Origin: Okamejei kenojei
Taxonomy: Eukaryota
Assembly: GCA_035221665.1 (NCBI GenBank)
Contig: CM069156.1
Coordinates: forward strand, 29,388,001-29,452,000
DNA length: 64,000 bases
Direction of reading: 5' to 3'
Shown: piece after piece, positions 52,203 through 64,000 of the stretch
How the letters are laid out: every line of letters begins with the position of its first letter
How positions within the stretch are numbered: the stretch's first letter is position 1
Notes under the pieces: model-generated
The model's input: only the letters and a program-made list of their open reading frames with translations
Databases searched by the model: none
Told to the model about the DNA's origin: nothing
Made by a program: the position numbers and the translations under genes

Positions 52203-54443
52203 ATAATTCACGTAGTTCCACCATTACTAGACCAACACCCCTGCCCCCTTTCCCAGCCTTTCTTCACTAGATTACTTACATTTCAAATGAATAGTCAGCA
52301 TGCTATCTTATATTCCAGCCTAAGAGTAGCTTAGCCACATCACCCATATGAGAGTCTAATCTGTTTTTCCCCCAAAACAGAGCTGGCTTCACCATGGTGC
52401 CTTTTGTGACTGAGGACACCTCACTGATATTGACCAGGGATATGAGCAGACCTAGGTCGGAATGTGAAGTAGAGGATATTTGTGTAGGGTCTTCATTCAC
52501 GTCAGGCAAGAGGTTCCCTTTGCACTCTTGGATGGGGATCATCCCGAGCCATGCTGATCATTTATAAGCCCCGATTTGACCTGCTGGTCAGATACCACTT
52601 ACTGGGCCACCTCAGTGGGCAGCTGAGAACCAGCCTCGTTGGTGTTGGACTGGAGTCACATTTAGGTCATTTGACATGTTTTATTCCTTAAAGGAAACAA
52701 TAAAATAGGTTTTTGTGGAAGCAAGGGTTACCTTCGTACATTTATTTCCTATGAGGTGATTGCAAATTCTCAAATTGCCCAAGATGCGATTAAACTTTTA
52801 CTCTGTGGATTATTGGTCTGGTAATAACTACAATAGACATTACTCAGTCTTTAATATCTTTCTCCTACCCGAATCTAGTGTTCATTTTCATTTTACTATG
52901 GACTATCTCCAGCTGGTCTGGTGATGTGACTATCCCCCACTCCCCAGAAATGGGCAATCGCCAGGAAACAACTAGAAGGTCAAAGAGAACTTTGCTCAGA
53001 TATTCACTTCTAAAATTTAGAGACAGTCAAAAAAACTGGCCTGAGGGAAAAGATCCAATTGTGAAGGGGAAGTGGAGTGGTGAGTTAGCGTGGCAGTGAA
53101 TCTTTCTGAAACTGTAGAGCTCAAAGAAGTACAGTAATCATGACGCTGTTAGCATTCAATAGTGAGAAGTATTTAAATGTCTCTTGCTGTAGATTTCATT
53201 TGAAACTAATCAAATCCATTTTCAAACTAATTATTCTCACATCCATAAAAGTTTTCCCTCAAGGATCCTGTAATAGTTACACATTGAATAGTTGTTCTTT
53301 AATATACAGTAATAAACTAGTCTTCTGATCAGGTCAATTCACACCAAATACCAATAGTAGCAACCCCATGAAAGCAATGAGTTCACTGTAATAGTTAACA
53401 TTTATCACGTATCTCCTCAACAAACTAAAAGTAATTCTGTACATGTATAATGCATTAGTAGTTCTGATCCGAGTATATACCTGTATTGGTACCTGTACCA
53501 GTCTGATTATTAACTGTGCTAATACACTGTTCATATGCAATGGAACATATGCCACTTTCTGTAGCAGCCCAACTGTGATCAATGTACCAGCATTGGCAGC
53601 GAGGTCCCACAATATAATTTCACCTGCATTGGTAACCTTTAGTAATCCAGCCATTCAACTGAGCTATTACTGGTCTAACTGTGCATTTATTTGGCATTTG
53701 TGGTCTGACTGTAGTCCACTAAAGCATTGATACAACAGTCCAATGATATATGTGTACAGGTACTCACATGGTCTGACACTACTTATATTCCTGTGCTGGT
53801 ACCTGGTCTGATTACAGAAGTATCTGAAGGTACTGACTGTTCACCTGTAGCAGCTCAACTGTACTGCTCTAACTGCATACCTGTTCTGGTACTTGTCATT
53901 CTACAGGGACTAATCATACTTGTACCAGTTTCACGGCATACCTGCATTTGAACCTGTGGCAGTTTGACTCTGCTACTTCAAATGCAGCAGTTCCCTGTAG
54001 TTGTGGAGGTACTGACACACTTATAGCAGCTTGATAGTGCAGTTCTGTTCATGTGTACTAGTTCCACACTTTAGAGCAATCTCGTTTTGTAAAACGCCGT
54101 GTTTAAATTAATGCAGCTGGTAGTAGCAAGTAGTCTTTAACTTGGTTTGAATTTCTGTACCCTTTTTTGCTGCTTGCTCAAGTAACAAACTCAGTTCCAA
54201 TCACTATCAATATTTCATGTTGAGTATCTTGTAATTTTTAAATGGTATTTCTGGTGATTATAATGTAAAAATTATATATATAAAAATAATCATAACTCAA
54301 CAATTTCAAGAGGTGACTATTGTAATTATCTGTTTAATGCTGTTTTGTCTGTGTACATTTTGTGTTCTCTGTAATATGTGATGTGTATTGAAAATGATGG
54401 AGCACTTTGTATTACCAGAAACAAAGTTAACAAGCCTTTAATG

Positions 54444-54449
54444 ATTAAA
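54444..54449 (+). terminator. Candidate PPM1E polyadenylation signal (ATTAAA)
   Basis: Lies at the end of an AT/TGTA-rich, repeat-poor stretch that looks like 3' UTR; transposon density resumes at ~54680. Confidence 0.35.
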
Positions 54450-55570
54450 GGAACTGGACCAGTTTGACGAGCCCTTATTTTCTTGCTGAGCTGCAATGTT
54501 GGTGGGGAGGGATTTTCCATAATGTGCTACCTCTGGTTTTAATATAAAACTGTCATATGAAATTTCAGTCACACAAATAATAGCCACTCTTTCATTGGCG
54601 CATGGTCTGTAATTTTATGGATAGAAATCTTGTAACACCTTATCCAACGGTCTTGGAGGAACACCTTCACCATTTATAATAACAAGAGACTGCAGATGCT
54701 GGTTTATACCAACAACAGACACAAAATGCTGGAGTAACTCAACAAGTCGGGCAGCATCTCTGGAGAAAATGGATATGTGACGTCTCGGGTCAGGACCCCT
54801 CTTCAGACTCAACCGTCACCATAGTTTGGGAAGATGTCAAACACCACCTCAAAGGGCAATAAAGACCACCCTCCTATATCCCAAGAACAAACAAAAACAA
54901 ATCCATTATAATTTCTTTGCCAGAGCTCTCCTGCTGCTGCCATGTGGTAATTCATTCCAAGGGATTTCCAGGAGGTTGTTTAATTATAGAAGACACCGAA
55001 GCTGGTTAGCTCCGTGCTTCTGGAAAGTTTAATCTGATTTTACAAGGTCATATAAAATGTTGGTACCATCACGATGATCTACATGCCACGAGACAGCCCA
55101 TTTCTATGGATTCTCTAATAAAGAATTGGTAGAATAGTCTTGAATTACAGCTCAATCAATTGGATTATTGATAGCTGTATTTACCTCAAGGGATATTATC
55201 CAATGACCAATGGCAGCTTTAATAAATTAATGCAAAAATCCCAGGGTAAAGTTCTTGTTTGTCATGATCAAGAGGTTGCAGTACTTGAGTCATGCAGCAC
55301 GGAAACAGGCCCTTTGGCCCAACGCACCATGCTGATCACTGTCCTTATACCCAAGTCTTGTTTTCTTTTCAGCTACTCTGGGCAAAAAGATGACATTCAC
55401 CATATTTATTCCACTCATTATTTCTATACTCTTCTGTAAGAAGCCTCCTGATCTCCAAGGTATGAAGCCTCAGCATGCCCAACCATTGCCTCAAGTCTTG
55501 GAGAACATCCTTGTAAATCTTCTCTAAATCTTTCCAGCTTAATGACATCTTCCTATTACAGGGTTTACTT

Positions 55571-56071
55571 CAGCATTTCTCAACCCTTTTACCCTTGAAA
55601 TAATTTTGATGTCTCAGGGAACCATTACATAAAAATGACTAAATAACATGGGTGAATGAGGGACTGTACCTGCACGCCAGGAAGCACAGACAGGACTGAT
55701 GGAGACCGTGCATGCGTCTGTACTCGAGTGAGTCACTTGATGATACACAAATCCGTCACATGCAGCTCCTGTCCACTGACCACGAAAGGCCGTTTCACAC
55801 TGGTGCCATATAGATGTCGCTAAATGTATTCCCTATGATTATTATATTTTTTTAATGATATACCAGGTTGAAGACTTTATTATAATACCCAAGAAATTTT
55901 CCAAGAATATGCCGAACATGTATAATAAAATTTTCGAATATGAAATTAAACACAAAAATGACTCAAATGCATTTACATATGATTAGCCTATTTATCACTA
56001 TTCCTCTCGGAACCCCTAGCTACCTCTTGCTGAACCCTAGCGTTCCGGGGAACCCCGGTTGAGAAACGCTG
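55571..56071. mobile_element. Non-autonomous hAT (Charlie-like) DNA transposon
   Basis: TIRs CAGCATTTCTCAACC / GGTTGAGAAACGCTG; perfect 8-bp TSD GTTTACTT (55563-55570, 56072-56079). Confidence 0.88.
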
Positions 56072-57068
56072 GTTTACTTGATCTACTCTTCAAGTTTCTA
56101 CTAAAATTTACTTACATAACCACAAATATAAAATCTTTGGAATAAAATACCTAGTTGGTGTAAACTGTTTGGCACAATTATTGAGGATGTGTGGCTCAAT
56201 AGAAACAGGTCAAGGCATTTAAGAAAAAAGCCTTGCAGCTCCACAGACCCAGGTGTAAGCCTGACTACAGGTGACAATAATAGACAATAGGTCCAGCACC
56301 GCCATTCAATGTGAACATGGCTGATCATGATCATGGCTGATCATCCACAATCAGTACTCCATTCCTGCCTTCACTCCATATCCCTTAACTCCGCTATCCC
56401 TAAGAGCTCTATCTAACTCTCTTGAAAGCATCCAGAGAACCACAACTCTGTGTCAAAAAGAGACTCCCTTTTCGTACGGAGTTTGTACATTCTCCTCGTG
56501 ACAGAGTGGGTTTTCTCTGGGGTTCCAGTTTACTCCCACATCCCAAAGACGTGCAGGTTTGTAGGTTAACTGGCTTACGTAATTTGTCTCTGGTGTGTAG
56601 GATTGAACTAGTGATCATGCGCAGACTCATTGGGCTGAAGGGCCTTTTTCCACATTGTATCCCTAACTAGTGCATAAACAGTTATAAAAACAATGTTTTT
56701 GCCCCATTCCATTTAAAGAGTAAAGTGGTAACCAGGTGTTTTATTAAAACAGCTGAAAAATTGTTTAACTCCAAAATACATCCCAAAATGTATCCTCTCT
56801 ATCAACTTAACAAAATTATTTTGAGTATCTTTGTCAACGACATAACAAATTAAATGTTTTATAATTAAAATACTTTAATAAAACATTCCTACTCCAGTCT
56901 GACCTTACAAAGGGCATAATTTGAAAGACTTGTAGGATTCAATAATGCTGACATGAGCGGATAAATCTGCTTGTGCCTACAGATGCAGACTCTAAGGAAA
57001 AAAATGGAATTGAACGTTACAGCACAGGCCCATCAGCCCAGTATCTGTGCCTAAACATGATGCCAAGC

Positions 57069-57122
57069 GGGGTGGGAGATTGCAACCTTCACGTGGTCCG
57101 CCCTGTTTCGACGAATGCAATC
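57069..57122 (+). ncRNA. Predicted minimal HDV-like ribozyme (54 nt)
   Basis: P1 57069-75/57098-104 with G1.U wobble; P2 57078-84/57116-22; P3 ACC/GGT; L3 TTCACGT; P4 reduced to GT-TTCG-A; J4/2 CGAA. Confidence 0.85.
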
Positions 57123-57211
57123 AACCTGGCATGCACAATCAAATAAGTTCAAATAGAACAAGTTGTCCTACAACTTTAGGCTGTGCACGTCATACGCAAG
57201 AAGAAGAAGAA
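57069..57211 (+). mobile_element. Short retroposon headed by an HDV-like ribozyme, (GAA)n tail, copy 2
   Basis: TSD GCCAAG (57062-57067, 57212-57217) inside a CR1-tail fragment; one extra C at the 5' junction. Confidence 0.85.
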
Positions 57212-58103
57212 GCCAAGTTAAACTAATGTCTGCCTGCACGTGATCCACATCCCTCCTTCCCCTGCATATCCATGAGCCCATCTAAAGCTTCTTAAACATC
57301 ACTACTGCATCTGCCTCCACCACCACTCAGCATGTTCCTTGAAGGTTCCAGGGAGGTTTAAGACTCCATCAGCCAGCTATCTACAACTAGGCACACACAC
57401 TGAACATTTTAAGGTGTAAAATGAACAAGAGAAAAATAAAAAAGGTAATAATTATGGATGATACATGTTAAAATAGAACTGTTCTGTCCCTTGCATGGTT
57501 ACTGCCAAACTTAACTGTCAGGTGGGAGATCAATGCTATATAATTTCCACCCATTAAATTATACATAATGACATTCAATTGCTCTTCTGCTTTAAATACG
57601 AGTCATCACCAGCAAGGTGACTCACAGATTTCAGACTGCAACAATAGGTTTAAAATAAAATCAGCTGGCATCAATTCCTTGGAAGTAATTATTTTTAAAA
57701 ACTCTGCAATTCCCAATATTCCAGACAATAGCTACACATGATAGGGAATGATGAATGGACAAGGCAACAGGTAGTCCAACAAGGTCACTACCCCAATTCT
57801 GATAGAGTGGCAGTCATGTCAAATACTTTCATCTGCCTTTTAATCATTTAAAAATAAAGAGGAATTTCGATGCCTTTACTTCTAAGAACACACTCTCCTT
57901 CACACCACCTCAAATAAAAAGATTAATTCCTAATATGGAAGTCAGCAAGTTAGTGAACTACTCCAGACTCGTCAACTCCAAAATAAATTGCTTATTATTA
58001 AGAACTTGGCTTTTTGTTTTATGCTTCCCACTGAATTCAGAATACACTTCGATTCAACAAAGTATTAAATATCATGACCGAAAAGCAGGCACAGTCCAAA
58101 GAG

Positions 58104-59349
58104 GGTACACAAAAGGCTGGAGAAACTCAGCGGGTGCAGCAGCATCTAAGGAGCGAAGGAGATAGGCGACATTTCGGGTCGAGACCCTTCTTCAGACTGG
58201 TCAGGGATCAGGGAAACAAGAGATATAGACGGTGATGTCCACACCAGGTCATCACAAATGGCCTCATTCTTCAGAGAACGGGGATTCCCCTCCGCCACTA
58301 TAGATGAGGCTCACACCAGGGTCTCCTCCATACCCCGCAATACTGCCCTCTCTCCCCATTCCCCCACTCGCAAACAGGGCAGAGTCCCCCTGGTCCTCAC
58401 CTTTCACCCCACCAGCCGGTAAATACAACACATAGTCCTCCGCCAGTTTCGCCACCTCCAACGTGACCCCTCCACTCGCCACATCTTCCCATCTCCCCCC
58501 GTCTGCCTTCCGCAAAGACCGCTCCCTCTGCAACTCCCTTGTCAATTCTTCCCTTCCCTCCCGCTCTACCCCTTCCCCGGGCACTTTCCCTTGCAACCGC
58601 AAGAAATGCTACACTTGTCCCTTCACCTCCCCCCTCCACTCCTTTCAGGGACCCAAGCAGTCCTTCCAGGTCCGACAGAGGTTCACCTGCACCTCCTCCA
58701 ACCTCATCCACTGCTCCAGATGCCAGATGATCTATATCGGTGAGACCAAGCGGAGGCTTGGCGATCGTTTCGCCGAACACCTCCGCTCGGTCCGCATTAA
58801 CCAAGCCGACCTCCCGGTCGCTCAGCACTTCAACTCCCCCTCCCATTCCGTATCCGACCTCTCGGTCCTGGGCCTCCTCCACGGCCAGAGTGAGCAACAC
58901 CGCAAGTTGGAGGAACAGCACCTCATATTCCGCTTGGGGAGTCTGCATCCTCTGGGCTTGAACATTGAATTTTCTCAATTCTGTTAACCCTTGCTGTCTC
59001 CGCCCCTTCCCACTTCTCCCTCAGCCCTCGGGCCCTGGCATTCCCTCTCTCTCCATCTTCCTCCCCCACCCTAGTCGCACTAGCTTCTCATTTTCACACC
59101 ACAAACAGCTTACAATGGCTTGTTCCCTTTATCATCGATACTTTTTTGCATATCTTTCATTCATTGTTCTTTATCTCTCCACATCACCGTCTATATCTCT
59201 CGTTTCCCTGATCCCTGACTAGTCTGAAGAAGGGTCTCGACCCGAAACGTCGCCTATCTCCTTCGCCCCTTAGATGCTGCTGCACTCGCTGAGTTTCTCC
59301 AGTCTTTTGTGTACCCTCGATTCTCCAGCATCTGCAGTTCCTTCTTTAA
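58104..59349 (+). mobile_element. Young 5'-truncated PLE with inverted pseudo-LTRs
   Basis: ORF 58463-58987 (CxxxxCxxC linker, YIGET GIY-YIG). 58104-58238 is the reverse complement of 59181-59318. TSD CACAGTCCAAAGAG at 58090-58103 and 59350-59363. Confidence 0.93.
59221..59254 (+). ncRNA. Minimal type I hammerhead ribozyme motif in a PLE pseudo-LTR
   Basis: CTGAAGA-A-GGGTC-TC-GACCC-GAAAC-GTC: intact core, 5-bp stem II, palindromic ACGT stem III. Confidence 0.72.
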
Positions 59350-59414
59350 CACAGTCCAAAGAGACCTGGATTTGAGAGATTTTGAATGGACGCATGGATA
59401 TGTGGGGATATTGA

Positions 59415-59710
59415 GGGCGGTACAATGGCACAGCGGTAGTTGCTGCCATACAGCGCTTTCAGCGCCAGAGACCCGGGTTCGATCCAGACTACAGGTGATC
59501 TGGACAGAGTTTGTACGTTCTCCCAGTGGCCGCGTGGGTTTTCTGAGATCTTTGGTTTCCTCTCATACTCCAAAGACGTACAGGCTTGTAGGTTAAATGA
59601 CTTTCTAGAAATACAAATTGTTCATAGTGTAGGATAGTGTTAATGTGCGGGGATTGCTGGCCGGTATGGACTAGGCGGGGCTGAAGGGCCTGATTCCACG
59701 CTGTATCTGT
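59415..59710 (+). mobile_element. HE1-type V-SINE
   Basis: tRNA head with GGGTTCGATCC B box, V-domain, CR1-like tail. Confidence 0.82.
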
Positions 59711-60452
59711 CGATTTTGGCTTCATCTTCGGCACAGTTATTGTGGGGCAAAGGGCCTGCTCTTGTGCTGTACAGTTCTATGTTCCATAAAAGGAAATGAT
59801 TAAAAACAAATGAACATGGCCAATTAAGGCTATGTTGGAGGAAATAAACTCCCCTTTAAATTGGTAATATTGCTCTCAGAATAACACTCCAGTCAAAAAG
59901 TAACACTGGTTCAATATGCTAGGATGTAATTTCCCCGTGAATAATTTACACTCCATGAGCCCGCATCAATGCCATGGAAAGGCTCAACTAAGCAGCGGAC
60001 TTGCTCACATGCCATTTGCCCGATCAGACAGTGGTTTGAACATAAATTATCAAGTTGCCTTTGGTTCTACTTCATTCTCACTGCCAACTCCAAAAAGTGC
60101 AACTCTGGTCTCAAAGCAACTCCCTGACACTGCTGTCAAGCAGCTTGCTATGTGTGGGAAGGAGGAGGATAGTTTGTGCCAATTTCCTTCAACTTGACCT
60201 TTACTTGGAAGAAACAGCGTCAGAAGTGTGTATTAACATGCACCAGCCCAAAAGTACTATTCTGGGCATGTTCAACATCCTCAGGCTCAATCGCATGCTT
60301 ATTGGTAAAGACAGAACTTGTCTTTATGTTGTTTAGGATATGTAGTAATTTGCAACATAGGAAAAATGGTACAATTATACATACATTTATGCTACCAAAT
60401 AATGAAAGGCATAGTGGACGAGGAGAAAATATTTCCAGTAATGGGAGAGTCT

Positions 60453-61050
60453 AGGGCTTGTCACACTTAGGCTATTTTTGAGATGACTACAGGCGACGAG
60501 GCTGTCGCCACATGGTCGCTGGGGTGTCGCCTGTATGGTCGTGAGTAGTCTCCTCAGTCACCCGAAGAGTCGTAACGTCTTTCTGGTCGCCACTGGATTT
60601 TCAGCACGTTCAAAAATTATCAGCGAGTAGGCGACAGTGGGTTGATGCCAATGAGCGTAGCTTGACTTCTCCTGACGTAGGTGCTGTCGTAGGTTGTCGC
60701 CAGGTGATGTAGGTTGTCGCCTGTGTTGACCGGTGAATTCCATTGGCAACTACCTATGTCAACCGGCGACAGGTACCGGCCACTGAATTGTCTTCAGTTG
60801 TCGCCGACAGGGTCTTTAGCTTGTCACGTGTGGATGTAGGTTGAGTGCAGTTGTCGGAGGTTGTTGCCTGTGTGGTCGTAGGTGGACGTCCTAATGGGTT
60901 GCCAGTTGCTTGCCATCGACTAGACATTGACATAGACAATGTCGTAGACATTGACGTAGGGGGGGGGTCCAGTCACCGGTTTTTCGGTAACCTGCTACGA
61001 CTATGGCAGTCGCCTAAAAAAAAAAAAATCACGTAAGTGGGACAGGCCCT
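60453..61050. mobile_element. Harbinger-like MITE inserted in a CR1 3' fragment
   Basis: TIRs AGGGCTTGTCACACTTA / TAAGTGGGACAGGCCCT; 3-bp TSD TCT; interior rich in GTCG/CGAC. Confidence 0.8.
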
Positions 61051-64000
61051 TCTAGGACCAGAGGGTTCAACTCAGGACATAGCTTAAGAATGGAGAAGAG
61101 GAATTTCTTTAGGGTGGTGTATGTGATGAAATTCATTGCTTAGCTGTGGAGGTCAAGTCATTGGGTACTTTTAAAGTTGAGATTGATACATTCTTGATTA
61201 GCGAGCGTGTCAAACATTATGGGGGAAAAGGCAGACCAGGATTGAGAGGGAAAACAGATCAGCCATGCTGGAATGGCAACGCAGACTTGATGGGCTAAAT
61301 CGCCCAATTCTGATCCCATGTCTTACGATCTTTCACATCCAATCCACCATGAAATGCCCAGAAGTTATTTTTAAAACCAAACTTGCTGTTAATTATGGGG
61401 CACATGTTGGTCCAAGCCCCTCACCCTCCCCACCCCTTCAAAATGGTAGCATAGGATATTTAAATGTCTCTGAGACAATAAGCAAAGGCCTTGTCTATCC
61501 TTCCAGCTGAAAGATAAAGCCAGCACAGCACTCAATGTCTGGTATTACATTGCCTGTTTTATCTGGCTTAGTTCTTGAAGTAGGATTTTACCCCATAGAT
61601 CCTACCCAGCAAGTCATGGGCTGCTATTAATGTACAGAAGAACTGAGTCTTTGCATTGACAACTTGGAACACCACAGTATTGATTCACTTTCTCTGCAGC
61701 TTGTTACAGGCACCTCTTGATACTGATGGTAAAAGTGAGGTACACACTTTCTCTTTTTTGACAGGTGGGGCAATTACATGCTCACAGCTACTTCGAGCAA
61801 TATGCAACAGCTTCAATGTACACTGGCATCATCCCAGCACAGAAAAATTCACTCAGATTAAATTTATAGTCAGAATGCAGGATAGCCTTGGGGAGACTAG
61901 CTCTGGCTCATTTGTATAACCACAAGGCAGTTGCCATGTTAGATTAACAGCATCAATCTCACACACCCACACAAATAGAACCAAGATTGTACCAGCTTTG
62001 AAAGAAAAAGTATCAAAAAAAAAAAGCAAAACAAAGTCTACACTGAGCATCCAGGTCCATCACTGGAACTCTGGCCCATTCCCACTCCAGTCTGCAATGC
62101 TCCAACAATGTTCAACACAAACTCGCGGTGCAACATTTCATTTTGACTGGGTACAGCGCTACATTTCATATGAAGTGCGCAGGGTTTCACTTTTTTCCAC
62201 ACCTGTGGCTTTCTCTTTGATTTAAATTAGATTTGTGTCCTTCACATGTTTTGACTATTGTCACTCTCCATCTTATCACAGACATACTCTGTTCCCTCTA
62301 CCCTTTTCTCCTTTCTGTATTTAATATACCTTCTGAAAGGTCCTGAACTTGATTGAAAGGTACAGCATTGATCACCTCTTCACACACTAATTCTATGCTA
62401 TCCTACTTTCTCATACACTCCCTGCACCCAGGGGCATTTTGCAAAGGGCAATTAACTTAAAACTCCACATCTGTGGAAGGTAGGAGGGAACCAGAGCACC
62501 TGGAAGAAACCCACGCAGTTACCAAGAAAACATGCAAACTCCACATATATAGCATCAGGGGTCAGGGTTAAACCACGGTCTCTGGCATTGTGAGCAAGCA
62601 GCTCTGAGCTGTGCTGCCCAATAATGTCAACTTTGTTTCTCCATTGAAGCCGCCCAACCTGCTGAGTCCTTTTAACATTCTATATTGTTGCAGATTTCCA
62701 GCACCTGCTGTTTTTTTGCTCCAGGATCTCGTCGTCCTGACAGGATGAATGTGGGGAAGAAGCTTTTCATAGAAGACTACAATTAAAATGTTAATTTTTC
62801 TTTACCTTTCAGGAGGATCGTAAGTTTTTGAAATTCTTTCTCACAATGCAGTGGAAGCATGTCACTGATTTTTTTCAAAATGTGTGTAAAGATACGTGAA
62901 AGACTCAAAAGTAAACAGAACTGTGGAGTTGATGATCCATCATCTTATTAAATGATAGAGCAGGCATGAGGGACTGAGTGGTCAAGTCTTGCTCCTGATT
63001 CTTATATTTATATCAGATGTTAAGTGACACTTTTCTCAGCTAGATGCAAAATATCTCATAGTGATAATTAAAAGCCATGGAATTCACTACACTGTCATCT
63101 AGCTATGTCAGTAAAAGAAAATACAAAACTTTGTTAACTGCCACTCTACCTTGTGGCTCTCTCAAATCCATACAAACACAATAATTAGGATAGAACAGTA
63201 GGGTAGTTCTGGTTACCACACTACAGCAAGGATGAAGACTTATTCTGAAGATGGGTGCCAATCTAAAACATCATCCATCCATGTTCTTCAGAAATGCTGC
63301 CTGACCTGCTGAATTACTCCAGCACTGTGTGTTTTGTAAAGTTGCATCTGCACTTCCATGTTTCTACATGATTCCATGATACTTCATGGACTTTTACATG
63401 ACAGCCTCTCTCCCTGTACATTATTTGTAGATAAAAGAACGAGATTGGATTGAGTTCAAGGCAAATGAAAAATATAGGGTTAAAACATTTCCACATTCCT
63501 GTAGGAGGGGCATTCTGACCACAAACAGGTATGGTACACACCATGTTTTGTTTAAGAGTGAAACCCAGGCATGATTTATAATTACATCCAAACGGTCCAA
63601 GTGCATAGTGACTAGGACCACACCAGCTATTAGAGCTCAATGCCTATAAAAATGTGCGGCCACATTACCTCAGGTCTGTAAGGAAACATCTGGCTCTACT
63701 GGTATATTTATCTGCAAATAGTTCCAAAGATTTCTGGAAGCCAGAACAAATTACTGATTTCCATCTCCATTTTGCGATTACAAGAGGCAGATGATTTCAG
63801 TGTTGTATTTCCATGCAAGCTCATGCTTTGAATTCAATGATTCAGGAGTAATGTGCTGTCAGAGTGCCATGTTGGCCAATGTTCTTGCCAAATTCTGCTC
63901 ACCTACATTATTGCTGTTTTGTGGGATTTCTGTGAAAAGTAACTGTTCATTTGCAAACACAAAACAATTTCCCCCACAAGCCACTGAGGAGTTCTCTGCG

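Noticed and set aside
58397-58978. 193-aa antisense ORF (also 47283-47702, 33019-33399, 34055-34540)
   Set aside because: Shadow frames opposite PLE or CR1 coding sequence.

Overview
Vertebrate genomic DNA, most likely a cartilaginous fish (skate/ray-like repeat landscape: HE1-type V-SINEs, SacSINE1-type DeuSINEs, CR1, Rex1/Babar, L1, Penelope, DIRS). The only host protein-coding gene I can support is PPM1E (CaMKP-N/POPX1, PP2C family) on the + strand. Coding exons 2-7 lie at 28377-52202 with canonical GT-AG sites and a continuous frame. Exon 1 is not in the window, so 1-28376 is presumably intron 1. The rest is nested transposon debris. The most notable unannotated signals are RNA structures. 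First, two copies of a ~140-nt retroposon whose first 54 nt fold into a complete minimal HDV/CPEB3-like ribozyme, joined to a (GAA)n tail (57069-57211 + and 16770-16906 -). Second, many Penelope-derived repeats with minimal hammerhead cores, in solo, fold-back and tandem arrangements. Third, an E-box-rich CpG island in PPM1E intron 2 with an antisense splice donor. All calls were made by eye; family names come from recalled consensus motifs, not from database searches.
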